From contig CAISDA010000040.1 of NCBI GenBank assembly GCA_903884005.1, positions 1,539-65,538 on the forward strand: a DNA stretch of 64,000 nt, in the 5' to 3' direction. Source of the DNA: an uncultured Ignavibacteriota bacterium. GTDB taxonomy: Bacteria; Bacteroidota; Ignavibacteria; UBA10030; UBA8401. The notes below the pieces were generated by a model, which saw only the letters and a list, made by a program, of their open reading frames with translations, made no database searches and had not been told where the DNA came from. Positions 50,545 to 59,477 of the stretch are shown piece by piece; position 1 is the first letter of the stretch; every line of letters starts with the position of its first letter. The translations under genes and the position numbers were made by a program.

Positions 50545-51489
50545 ATGCCTCAGCTAAAAGTGTTTTCAGGCCGTGCAAACCGCCCCCTCGCAGAATTGAT
50601 CTGTCATCGACTCGGCGAGCCGCTGGGGCGTCTGGATATACGAAATTTCTGCGACGGTGAAATTTGGGTGAAGTTCAACGACAATGTACGCGGATGCGAT
50701 GTGTTCATCATCCAATCCACGCAGCCGCCCACGGATAATCTGTTCGAACTGTTGATGTGCATCGACGCGGCGAAACGCGCATCGGCACGAAAAGTGACGG
50801 CAGTGATCCCGTACTTCGGGTATGCCCGGCAGGACCGCAAGGACCAGCCGCGCGTCGCGATCACCTCGAAGCTCGTGGCCAATTTGCTGACGAAAGCCGG
50901 AGCCGACAGGATCATTACGATGGACCTGCATGCGCCGCAGATACAGGGTTTCTTCGATATTCCGATGGATCATTTGTACTCATCGGTCGTGTTCGTGGAT
51001 TATCTGCGGAAGAAAAATATTCCGAATCTTGCCGTTGTGTCGCCCGATATCGGCGGCATCAAAATGGCTCGCGCGTATGCGAAACGATTGGATGGCGAAT
51101 TGGTGCTCATAGACAAGCGCCGCCCCGCTCCCAATCAGGTCGAAGTGATGAACATCATCGGCAATGTGTCGGGCAAGAATGTGCTGATCGTGGACGACTT
51201 GATAGACACCGCCGGCACATTCTGCAACGCCATTTCCGCGCTGCGAGAAGCGGGCGCACAGACGGTGTACGGCGCCACGACCCATCCCCTGCTCTCGGGG
51301 AACGCGTACGATCGGGTCAATGAGTCGGATGTCGATATGTTGTTGGTGTGCGATACGATTCCCCTGAAACAAGAATCGTCTAAAATTGAAGTGATGACCG
51401 TCGCCGGCATTTTCGCCGAAGCGATCGAACGGACGTTCGAAAACAAGTCCATCTCTTCCCTGTTCGATGTTGATAAAGATAAATTATAA
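50545..51489 (+). CDS. prs: Ribose-phosphate pyrophosphokinase
   Basis: MPQLKVFSGRANRPLAE N-terminus and PRPP-binding loop (DDLIDTAGT). Start trimmed; AAGAGGA RBS. Confidence 0.9.
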   Translation: MPQLKVFSGRANRPLAELICHRLGEPLGRLDIRNFCDGEIWVKFNDNVRGCDVFIIQSTQPPTDNLFELLMCIDAAKRASARKVTAVIPYFGYARQDRKDQPRVAITSKLVANLLTKAGADRIITMDLHAPQIQGFFDIPMDHLYSSVVFVDYLRKKNIPNLAVVSPDIGGIKMARAYAKRLDGELVLIDKRRPAPNQVEVMNIIGNVSGKNVLIVDDLIDTAGTFCNAISALREAGAQTVYGATTHPLLSGNAYDRVNESDVDMLLVCDTIPLKQESSKIEVMTVAGIFAEAIERTFENKSISSLFDVDKDKL

Positions 51490-51527
51490 CCTGTTCATTT
51501 ACGTGATCCATCTCGAAGGAGTGCTCC

Positions 51528-52187
51528 ATGTCTGAAATAGTATTGAAAGCAGAAGTTCGCACGTTAATCGGCTCACACGCCAACAAGGTCCGCTTTGCGG
51601 GCAAGATCCCCGGCGTGTTTTACGCGCACGGCGAAGAAAATATCAGCGTCACGGTTTCGCCGCTCGGGTTGAAACCGCTGATCTACACCTCGGATACGCA
51701 TCTTGTGAACCTTCAATTGGATAACGGCATCAGCAAGACCTGCATCCTGCGCGATGTCCAGTTCGACCCCCTCACCGACAAGCCGATCCATTTCGACTTG
51801 CAGGGCGTCAAAGAGGATGAAGAATTGACGATCGAAGTTCCCGTGGTGCTCGTCGGTTCGCCCAAAGGCGTGAAAGACGGCGGCACGCTGCAGCATGTTA
51901 TTCATAAACTGAAGGTCATGTGCCTGCCGAAGTTCATTCCCGAGAACATCAAGATCGATGTGTCGGAACTTGCCATCAACGACTCGGTTCACGTGCGCGA
52001 TCTGCCGCTGCCGAATGTGACCGTGCTTGAAAATGCGTCGAGCACCGTGGTGGCTGTTGTGCCGCCGACAGTCGTGAAAGAAGCTGAGGGTGCAGTCGCC
52101 GGTGCCGTTGTTGAAGGCGCCGCAACATCTGCCGAACCCGAAGTGATCATTAAAGGCAAAAAGCCTGCTGATGAAGCTAAAGCGTAA
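51528..52187 (+). CDS. rplY: 50S ribosomal protein L25 / general stress protein Ctc
   Basis: L25/Ctc N-terminal domain plus an Ala/Val-rich C-terminal extension; 219 aa. Confidence 0.9.
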   Translation: MSEIVLKAEVRTLIGSHANKVRFAGKIPGVFYAHGEENISVTVSPLGLKPLIYTSDTHLVNLQLDNGISKTCILRDVQFDPLTDKPIHFDLQGVKEDEELTIEVPVVLVGSPKGVKDGGTLQHVIHKLKVMCLPKFIPENIKIDVSELAINDSVHVRDLPLPNVTVLENASSTVVAVVPPTVVKEAEGAVAGAVVEGAATSAEPEVIIKGKKPADEAKA

Positions 52188-52202
52188 TTCGGGCCGGCCG
52201 GA

Positions 52203-52805
52203 GTGAAATGCATCATCGGTTTAGGCAATCCCGGATTCGACTATGCATCGACACGGCACAACATCGGCTTCAGGGTCATTGAAACGCTTGCCGCCGGCGC
52301 AAAGATCGGTCTTCGTGAGGGCAGCGGCGAGTATTTCAGCGCGGTAGTCCCGAGCGACCGAGGCGATATTCTGCTGGCGCTGCCGACAACATACATGAAC
52401 AACAGCGGCGTCGCCGTTCGCGAACTGTGCGAGACATACGGCCTCTCACCCGGCGACCTGCTTGTCGTGTTCGACGATTTTCAGCTTCCCTTCGGAACAT
52501 TGCGGATCCGTCCCAAGGGAAGCGACGGCGGGCACAACGGACTGGGATCGATCATGTACCATATAGAAACAGACATCCTCGCCCGGCTGCGCGTGGGTGT
52601 TGCAGGCGCAACGATCCCCGAAGAGCATACGCATGAATCGATGGCCGCGTATGTGCTGACGGAGTTTGAACCGGAGGAAGAACGCCAGCTGCCGGTGCTG
52701 CTGCAAAAGGCGGCGGACGCTTGTCTCTGTTGGGCGCGCGATGGCGTCCCGGCGGCAATGAATGCGTTCAACAAAAATTTTTTCAGCGACTCAGTCGAGT
52801 CGTGA
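52203..52805 (+). CDS. pth: Peptidyl-tRNA hydrolase
   Basis: GLGNPG and TRHNIGF motifs; 200 aa. Confidence 0.9.
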   Translation: MKCIIGLGNPGFDYASTRHNIGFRVIETLAAGAKIGLREGSGEYFSAVVPSDRGDILLALPTTYMNNSGVAVRELCETYGLSPGDLLVVFDDFQLPFGTLRIRPKGSDGGHNGLGSIMYHIETDILARLRVGVAGATIPEEHTHESMAAYVLTEFEPEEERQLPVLLQKAADACLCWARDGVPAAMNAFNKNFFSDSVES

Positions 52806-52886
52806 GTTTTAGCGTTAAAAACTACAGTACAACCCTGCCCCATTGAACTTCGCGACGATGGGGCCTTATGTCCACAGGAGGATAGC

Positions 52887-53354
52887 TTGAAACACGAACC
52901 GCGAATCTACGAAACTGTTTTCATCGTGAACGCCAATCTGGAAGATGTGCAGGTTGAAGTGATCATCGAGAAAACAAAGGATGTCATTCTCAAATACGGC
53001 GGCGAAATTCTTGCCGTTGAAAAATGGGGACGCCGACGTCTTGCGTATGCCATTAAGAAGAAGAACAACGGCTACTACACGCTCATCGAATTCAAAGCCC
53101 CGGGCGATGCCCTGACGCGCTTGAACCGCTTCTTCCAGCTGGAAGAGGAAGTCATGCGCCATCTGGTGCTGCAATTGGACAAGAAAGCGTTGAAAGCCAA
53201 AGAAGTTGCGCTGAAGGCCGCCGCCGATCTGGCAGCGACAGCAGAACCCGTTGCCGCGGCTCCCGTTGCGGCCCCTGCACCTGCACCTGCGCCAGCACCT
53301 GCAGTTGCAACCGCAACCGTTTCCGAAAAACCTATTGAGCAGACAAAGGACTAA
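52887..53354 (+). CDS. rpsF: 30S ribosomal protein S6 with Ala/Pro-rich C-terminal extension
   Basis: S6 core (YETVFIV...[10 protein letters not shown]) plus the tail [22 protein letters not shown]. Confidence 0.9.
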   Translation: MKHEPRIYETVFIVNANLEDVQVEVIIEKTKDVILKYGGEILAVEKWGRRRLAYAIKKKNNGYYTLIEFKAPGDALTRLNRFFQLEEEVMRHLVLQLDKKALKAKEVALKAAADLAATAEPVAAAPVAAPAPAPAPAPAVATATVSEKPIEQTKD

Positions 53355-53358
53355 CACC

Positions 53359-53667
53359 ATGAAATCATTTACATCACGACCCGCAGACGGCGGCGGCAGA
53401 CCCGGAGAAGGCTACATCGAACGCCGCGAAAAGCGCGACTCACAGGCGATCCGGAAAAAACGGACCTGTCGCTTCACCGAAGCCAAAACCATTTACATCG
53501 ACTACAAAGATGAAAAGCTCCTTCGCCGGTATGTGACCGAACAAGGGAAGATCATTCCCAAACGCATCACAGGCACCAGCGCGAAATATCAGCGTCAGCT
53601 TGTGCTTGCCATCAAACGGGCGCGCCATCTTGCGCTGCTTCCGTTCGTGTCCGATACCATTAAATAA
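53359..53667 (+). CDS. rpsR: 30S ribosomal protein S18
   Basis: S18 core ([45 protein letters not shown]). Start trimmed to MKSFTS. Confidence 0.9.
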   Translation: MKSFTSRPADGGGRPGEGYIERREKRDSQAIRKKRTCRFTEAKTIYIDYKDEKLLRRYVTEQGKIIPKRITGTSAKYQRQLVLAIKRARHLALLPFVSDTIK

Positions 53668-53690
53668 TATTGAGCCAGGAGATCACAGCA

Positions 53691-54134
53691 ATGAAAGTCA
53701 TATTACGTCAAAATTACGAAGGACTCGGCGTCATCGGCGATGTTGTCACGGTGAAAGACGGATACGCGAGGAACTATCTTGTTCCCCGCAAAATCGCTTA
53801 CCGCGCTACTGCCGGCAGCCTGAAGGCCCTGGAAGAAGAAAAGAAGCAGCATCAACGCAAGGAAGTGAAATCGGTGAAAGAGGCCGAAACGCTGTCGGCA
53901 AAACTCGGCAGTGTCTCCCTCACCATCACGATGAAGGTCGGCGAAGACGAAAAACTCTTCGGCTCGGTCACGTCGCAGATGATCGCCGACGCACTTGCCA
54001 CACAGAACTTCACGGTCGACAAACGCGATATCACTCTCGAGGAGCCGATCAAGGCTCTGGGCATTTTTGAAGTGCCTGTGAAGGTGCACTCGAAAGTCAC
54101 GGCGAAGGTTAAAGTGTGGGTCGTGCGCGAGTGA
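53691..54134 (+). CDS. rplI: 50S ribosomal protein L9
   Basis: MKVILRQNYEGLG N-terminus; AGGAG RBS. Start trimmed. Confidence 0.9.
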   Translation: MKVILRQNYEGLGVIGDVVTVKDGYARNYLVPRKIAYRATAGSLKALEEEKKQHQRKEVKSVKEAETLSAKLGSVSLTITMKVGEDEKLFGSVTSQMIADALATQNFTVDKRDITLEEPIKALGIFEVPVKVHSKVTAKVKVWVVRE

Positions 54135-54164
54135 GTTCCCTGCATGGCTACGTTTGAATTCTCA

Positions 54165-54199
54165 CCTGACTGTCGGTTTCGACAGTCAGGTTTTTTTTT
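54165..54199 (+). terminator. Intrinsic terminator after rplI
   Basis: cctgactgtcgGTTTcgacagtcagg followed by TTTTTTTTT. Confidence 0.65.
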
Positions 54200-54228
54200 C
54201 CCGACAACGAAGAAAGGAAGTACCGGCT

Positions 54229-55623
54229 ATGGCTCACACCAAATTACTCTGGACCGGACGGTTCTCGCAGCCGCTGTCTGAGATCGCGCTTCGCTTCTCC
54301 TCCAGCATCGAATTGGATAAGGAAATGTACCGGGAGGATATTCTCGGCAGCATTGCGCACGTCGAAATGCTCGCCTCGGCAAAAATATTGACCGCGGCCG
54401 AAGCCAGACGCATCCGCACGGCGCTCAACGCGATCGGCACGGAGATAGAGAACGACAAGCTCGCCCTGACCTGGGACAAAGAGGACATTCACACCGCGGT
54501 CGAACAGCGCTTGACGCAAAAGATCGGCGCGCTCGGCGGCAAGCTCCATACCGCGCGCAGCCGCAACGACCAGGTCGCGCTCGACGAACGCCTCTACCTC
54601 CGCGGAGCCATACGCGAATTGCAGAAACTCATCGTGCAGCTGCAGCGCGTGCTGCTCTACAAGGCTGAGAAAAATTTCAGCACGATCATGCCGGGCTACA
54701 CCCATATGCAGCGCGCCCAGCCCGTGCTTCTCTCGCACCACCTGCTCGCCTATGCCGGCATGTTCGAACGCGACTTTGAGCGCCTGAACGACGTCTACAA
54801 GCGCATCAATAAGATGCCGCTCGGTTCTGCAGCGCTGGCTGGCACCTCGTTCGCAATCGACCGCGCTTCGGTGGCGAAAAAATTGGGCTTCGACGGCATC
54901 GTCGAGAACAGCATGGACGCCGTGAGCGACCGCGACTATCTCATCGAATACATCGCCGCATGCAGCATCACTATGATGCATCTCAGCCGCTTTGCGGAGG
55001 AACTCGTGCTCTGGAGCTCGCAGGAATTCGCATTCGCCCGCACCGACGACGCCTACACGACCGGCAGCAGCATCATGCCGCAGAAAAAAAACCCCGACAT
55101 GGCGGAACTCGTCCGCGGCAAAGCGGGACGCGTCTTCGGCGATCTTGTGAATCTTCTCACGACAATGAAGGGCCTGCCGCTTGCCTACAACCGCGACATG
55201 CAGGAAGATAAGGTCCCGATGTTCGGCACCACCGCCACAACGCGCCAGTGCCTGTTCATCTTCTCGCATATTCTCGTGCACACGCAGTTCGACGCGAAAC
55301 GCTTCGAGGAAGAATTGAAGAACGATTTTCTCACCGCCACTGAACTCGCCGACTTCCTCGTGAAAAAAGGCATGGCGTTCCGCGACGCTCATGCGGCAAC
55401 GGGAAAAGTCGTCGCCTTCTGCATCCAGCATCAACGGTCAATGGCCGACCTGACGCTCGACGAGTTGCAGAAATTCTCCGACAAATTCGATGTGTCATCG
55501 CAGGCGCTGCTCGATCCGCGGCACAGCATCGAAAACAAAAAATCCGCCGGCAGCACGTCGTCGCAGGAAGTGAAGAAACAGATCGTCCATTGGATGAGAA
55601 TATTGAAAGCCAGGAAGGTGTAA
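54229..55623 (+). CDS. argH: Argininosuccinate lyase
   Basis: Fumarase/ASL family motifs (TGSSIMPQKKNPD). Start trimmed to MAHTKLLWTGRF with a GAAAGGAAG RBS. Confidence 0.9.
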   Translation: MAHTKLLWTGRFSQPLSEIALRFSSSIELDKEMYREDILGSIAHVEMLASAKILTAAEARRIRTALNAIGTEIENDKLALTWDKEDIHTAVEQRLTQKIGALGGKLHTARSRNDQVALDERLYLRGAIRELQKLIVQLQRVLLYKAEKNFSTIMPGYTHMQRAQPVLLSHHLLAYAGMFERDFERLNDVYKRINKMPLGSAALAGTSFAIDRASVAKKLGFDGIVENSMDAVSDRDYLIEYIAACSITMMHLSRFAEELVLWSSQEFAFARTDDAYTTGSSIMPQKKNPDMAELVRGKAGRVFGDLVNLLTTMKGLPLAYNRDMQEDKVPMFGTTATTRQCLFIFSHILVHTQFDAKRFEEELKNDFLTATELADFLVKKGMAFRDAHAATGKVVAFCIQHQRSMADLTLDELQKFSDKFDVSSQALLDPRHSIENKKSAGSTSSQEVKKQIVHWMRILKARKV

Positions 55624-55681
55624 ACGTAGCGTGGAGGGCGAGCGTGTCGTCTCGCCCTCTGCAGAGCGGACAGGTCAATCG

Positions 55682-55715
55682 AAAAAAAAAGCTCATCATT
55701 TGATGAGCCTTTTTT
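55682..55715. terminator. Bidirectional intrinsic terminator between argH and a convergent small ORF
   Basis: AAAAAAAAA-gctcatcaTTTgatgagc-CTTTTTTG. Confidence 0.5.
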
Positions 55716-55718
55716 GTG

Positions 55719-56009
55719 TCATGCCGTTTGTACGGCGTCCTGTTCTGCGTCGTCGCTCTCTTGCCGCAACGGCGTTTTCTTTCGATAAATGATGCCTGCA
55801 GGCACGATAACGCAGTACCCCAGCACCAGCAATATCGGGGCAACCGTCAACGGAACGAACCCGTCCCACGGTCCCATGCTCAACGCTCCGTATCCCAGAA
55901 GGATGACGGCAACACCGGCAAGTAAGATGTAATAATTGACCGGCTCGAGTGCAAGCAGATCCGTTCGTTTCACTTTCCGCGTGACGCGCGGCGCGTTTTG
56001 CTTCGCCAT
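55719..56009 (-). CDS. Small membrane protein (DUF3098-like, two TM helices)
   Basis: 96 aa; basic N-terminus, then two hydrophobic helices (YYILLAGVAVILLGYGAL, PLTVAPILLVLGYCVIV). Confidence 0.55.
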   Translation of the reverse strand: MAKQNAPRVTRKVKRTDLLALEPVNYYILLAGVAVILLGYGALSMGPWDGFVPLTVAPILLVLGYCVIVPAGIIYRKKTPLRQESDDAEQDAVQTA

Positions 56010-56396
56010 TGTTGAATTCCTTATACCGTGTGATCGGAGCTTCTATACAATAAAAAAGCCTGGTGTTGGGGGGTGCACCAGGCTTGGACCTGTAAGTATG
56101 CAACAATCAGGGGAGGAATTGTTGCATAGGTCTAAACAAATATACAAAGAATAAAACAAATGTCAATACCAAAAATACTGTAAAAATAAAAACTAAAAAT
56201 AAATACCTGATCATCCGATGCACTCGTCCGTCGGCCGAACGACGGGCTCTTACTTTCTGCAGAAAATTGTCTTCCGTCGTGTGTGCTATCGTAATTAATA
56301 GTTATGTCATAGGACTTAATTGAACTTTCTGTGTAGTATATTATAGTATCTCTATCCGACAGCATCATTTATGGCACTCATTTGAAAGGAAATTCA

Positions 56397-59216
56397 ATGA
56401 AATATTTGCAGTATGTTCGTTTTATGGTGGTTGTCGGTTTCCTCTTCTGCAACTCTCCTGCGGCTCAATCTCAAAAAATATATGGACTGAGTGACACGCT
56501 CTCCCCTTCATCTCAAATTCTGATTGGAAAACTTCCCAACGGGTTGACGTATTATATACGGGAGAACAGGAAACCGGAAAAACGCATGGAGCTCCGCCTC
56601 GCCGTCAAAGCCGGGTCCGTTCTGGAAGACGACGACCAGCAGGGGCTTGCGCACTTCGTTGAACACATGCTGTTCAACGGAACAAAAAATTTTCCAAAAT
56701 TCGACATTGTGAATTTCCTGGAGCGGACCGGCGTACGTTTTGGCGCCCACTTGAATGCGAATACGAGTTTCGACGAAACCGTGTACATGCTGCAGGTTCC
56801 TACGGACTCGCCGATGGTCGTTCAAAAATCCATAAACATTCTGCAGGAATGGAGCAGTGCCGTCCTGTTTGAAAATTCAGAGATCGACAAGGAACGCGGC
56901 GTGATCGGCGAAGAATGGCGGCTCGGACGCGGCGCTGCCGAACGCATTAACTACAAACACTATCCGCTCATTTTTTACAAATCCAAATATGCCGACCGCC
57001 TGCCCATCGGCAAAAAAGAAGTGATTGATACCTCTGCGTACGATGCCGTGAAACGGTTTTACCGCGACTGGTACAGGCCCGACTTGATGGCGGTGGTCGC
57101 GGTCGGAGATTTCGATAAAAATGAGATGAAAAAAATGATCGTCGATCGTTTTTCATCATTAAGGAATCCGGAGCATGAACGTCCGCGCGCGGAATTCACC
57201 ATCCCTGACCATAAAGCCCCCCTCGTCTCTGTGGCATCGGATAAAGAACTCCCGGGATCGTCGGTCGCCATTTATTTCAAACGCAATGCGACTCCTCCCG
57301 TGACGGTGCACGACTACAGAAGTCACATTCTTGACGGATTGTTCTCGGGCATGCTCAATGCGCGCCTGCAGGAACGATTGCAAAAGGCTGATCCTCCCTT
57401 CATCACGGGCAGCGTCGGCACTATTCAGTTCGTCGGCGAGAAGGTCGCCTTCGGTATGATCGCAACGGTGAAAGAGACGGACATCGTGCGCGGATTGGGC
57501 GCCCTGGTGACTGAAGCGTTTCGTGTGAAGCAACACGGCTTCACGCAAACGGAACTTGACCGGCAAAAATTGCAGCAGCTGCGCATGGTGGAACAAACAT
57601 TCACCGAGCAGGGGAAAACCGAATCGAAAAACTATGCCAATGAGTATATCCGGCATTATTTGGATGGTGAATCGATCCCGGGTATCGCCGTGGAATTCGC
57701 CTTGTATAAGCAGCTCCTTCCGACCATCACACTGGCGGATATGAAAACGCTCACAGACGAACGCATCGCGGACAGCAACCGTGTCATTACTGTCTCGGTG
57801 CCTGAAAAAAAAGGTGTCGTCGTTCCGACCACGGAAGAGATCATCCGCGTTCTGGATGAGATCGGAACACGGCCGCTGCAGGCATACGTCGATATGGTCA
57901 ATTCAAAACCGCTTGTTGCCGTTCAGCCTGCACCGGGAAAAGTCGTAGCCAAAAAATACATACAGGAATTGGATACGTGGGAATGGAAATTATCGAACGG
58001 TGCAACCGTGGTGTTGAAATCGACCGACTTCAAGAACGATGAGGTCGCTTTTGTCGCCTTCAGTCCCGGCGGCCACTCTCTTGTTTCAAACAAAGATTTT
58101 GTCTCTGCGAGCATGGCCGGACAGCTTGCATCGTTGAGCGGTGTCGGAGAATTCGATGCCATCGCATTGCAAAAAATGCTGGCAGGAAAAATCGTTCGCG
58201 TCAATCCGTTCATTTCGGATCTGGCCGAGGGATTCATCGGCAATTCTTCACCGAAGGATATTGCTACATTGCTGCAGCTCGTGTACCTGAATTTTACCTC
58301 GCCCAGAAGCGATTCATCCGCCATTCGTGCATTTTTATCCCGCGTTAAATCCTCTCTTCAGAACGCGTCGGTATCACCCGAGCAGGCATTCAAGGATACG
58401 GCACAGGTGACGCTTGCGCAATACCATTATCGGGCGCGTCCGCAGACTCCGGCGATGATCGACGAAGTCGATCCCGCCCGAGCATTCGCAATATTTAAAG
58501 ACCGCTTTGCCGATGCACGCGATTTCAAATTCTTTTTCGTTGGTAATTTCACGCCCGACAGCATTCAAGCGCTGGTCGAAACGTACATTGCGTCTCTCCC
58601 GTCCACCAACCGCAAGGAACAATGGAAGGATGTGGGGATGCAGGCGCCGAAAGGCCGCATCGTCAAGGAAGTGATCAAAGGCGTCGAGCCGAAGAGTTCT
58701 GTGCTGCTTGCCTATAGTGGCGCGTTCGAATGGTCGGCTCAAAATCGCTTCGATTTTTCTGCTATGCTCGAAGTGCTGCGCATCAAGCTCCGCGAAGTTC
58801 TGCGCGAAGATAAAAGCGGCGTCTATGGCATCAACATCACCGGTAGCCCCACGTTCATCCCGCGCAAAGAGTACACCATCCGCATCAGTTTCGGCTGCAA
58901 CCCGGACCGGGTCGCGGAATTGGTAGCGACTGTTGCGCAGCAAATTGACAGCCTCAAGCGTACGCCGGTGGATGCGGGCTACATCGATAAGATTCAACAA
59001 CTGCAGCGCCGTGACCGGGAAGTGAACCTGAAGGAGAACAATTACTGGATCGGTCTCTTCAGGTCGAATTATACCTATGGCGAGGATCCGCGCGGCATGC
59101 TGAAGATCCCGGAACGGATCGATAAATTGTCTGCGGCCGCCGTGCAAAAGGCTGCCAAGACCTATTTCGATTCCAACAATGTCGTCACAATAATCTTAAA
59201 ACCTGAAAAAAAATAA
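56397..59216 (+). CDS. M16 family zinc peptidase (tandem M16 units, PqqL-like), secreted
   Basis: Inverted zinc motif HxxEH (LAHFVEHMLFNGT) and a signal peptide. About 939 aa, consistent with two M16 active/inactive unit pairs. AGGA RBS. Confidence 0.85.
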   Translation: MKYLQYVRFMVVVGFLFCNSPAAQSQKIYGLSDTLSPSSQILIGKLPNGLTYYIRENRKPEKRMELRLAVKAGSVLEDDDQQGLAHFVEHMLFNGTKNFPKFDIVNFLERTGVRFGAHLNANTSFDETVYMLQVPTDSPMVVQKSINILQEWSSAVLFENSEIDKERGVIGEEWRLGRGAAERINYKHYPLIFYKSKYADRLPIGKKEVIDTSAYDAVKRFYRDWYRPDLMAVVAVGDFDKNEMKKMIVDRFSSLRNPEHERPRAEFTIPDHKAPLVSVASDKELPGSSVAIYFKRNATPPVTVHDYRSHILDGLFSGMLNARLQERLQKADPPFITGSVGTIQFVGEKVAFGMIATVKETDIVRGLGALVTEAFRVKQHGFTQTELDRQKLQQLRMVEQTFTEQGKTESKNYANEYIRHYLDGESIPGIAVEFALYKQLLPTITLADMKTLTDERIADSNRVITVSVPEKKGVVVPTTEEIIRVLDEIGTRPLQAYVDMVNSKPLVAVQPAPGKVVAKKYIQELDTWEWKLSNGATVVLKSTDFKNDEVAFVAFSPGGHSLVSNKDFVSASMAGQLASLSGVGEFDAIALQKMLAGKIVRVNPFISDLAEGFIGNSSPKDIATLLQLVYLNFTSPRSDSSAIRAFLSRVKSSLQNASVSPEQAFKDTAQVTLAQYHYRARPQTPAMIDEVDPARAFAIFKDRFADARDFKFFFVGNFTPDSIQALVETYIASLPSTNRKEQWKDVGMQAPKGRIVKEVIKGVEPKSSVLLAYSGAFEWSAQNRFDFSAMLEVLRIKLREVLREDKSGVYGINITGSPTFIPRKEYTIRISFGCNPDRVAELVATVAQQIDSLKRTPVDAGYIDKIQQLQRRDREVNLKENNYWIGLFRSNYTYGEDPRGMLKIPERIDKLSAAAVQKAAKTYFDSNNVVTIILKPEKK

Positions 59217-59237
59217 AGTCGGTACGACATAAAAAAA

Positions 59238-59268
59238 GATGCCCCGATCGAATGGGGCATCTTTTTTT
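59238..59268 (+). terminator. Intrinsic terminator after the M16 peptidase gene
   Basis: gatgccccGATCGAAtggggcatc followed by TTTTTTT. Confidence 0.65.
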
Positions 59269-59288
59269 GTACCTACTCAGTGGACACC

Positions 59289-59447
59289 AAAATCATTGTC
59301 ATCCTGAGCGAAGCGAAGGATCTAAAACAGTGGTCGATACATGCGACACTAAATTCATGTTCCCCGTTGCCGATGTTTTTTAGATTCTTCGGTCGCTCGA
59401 GCTCCCTCAGAATGACAGGAAGTATGGATTACGCTGAGTAGTTGCCT
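59289..59447. repeat. MITE-like dispersed repeat, copy 2
   Basis: aaaatcattgtcatcctgagcgaagcgaaggatc ... gattcttcggtcgctcgagctccctcagaatgaca ... gattacgctgagtagttgc. The terminal inverted repeats and both ends are shared with copy 1 at 39291. Confidence 0.6.
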
Positions 59448-59477
59448 TTTTTATCATTGAACCACACGGCGAACGGG

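Noticed and set aside
56132-56368. 78-aa minus-strand ORF in the AT-rich island
   Set aside because: The sequence is low-complexity (FYFYSIFGIDICFILCIFV) and arises from AT-rich intergenic DNA. It is more likely a promoter region than a gene.
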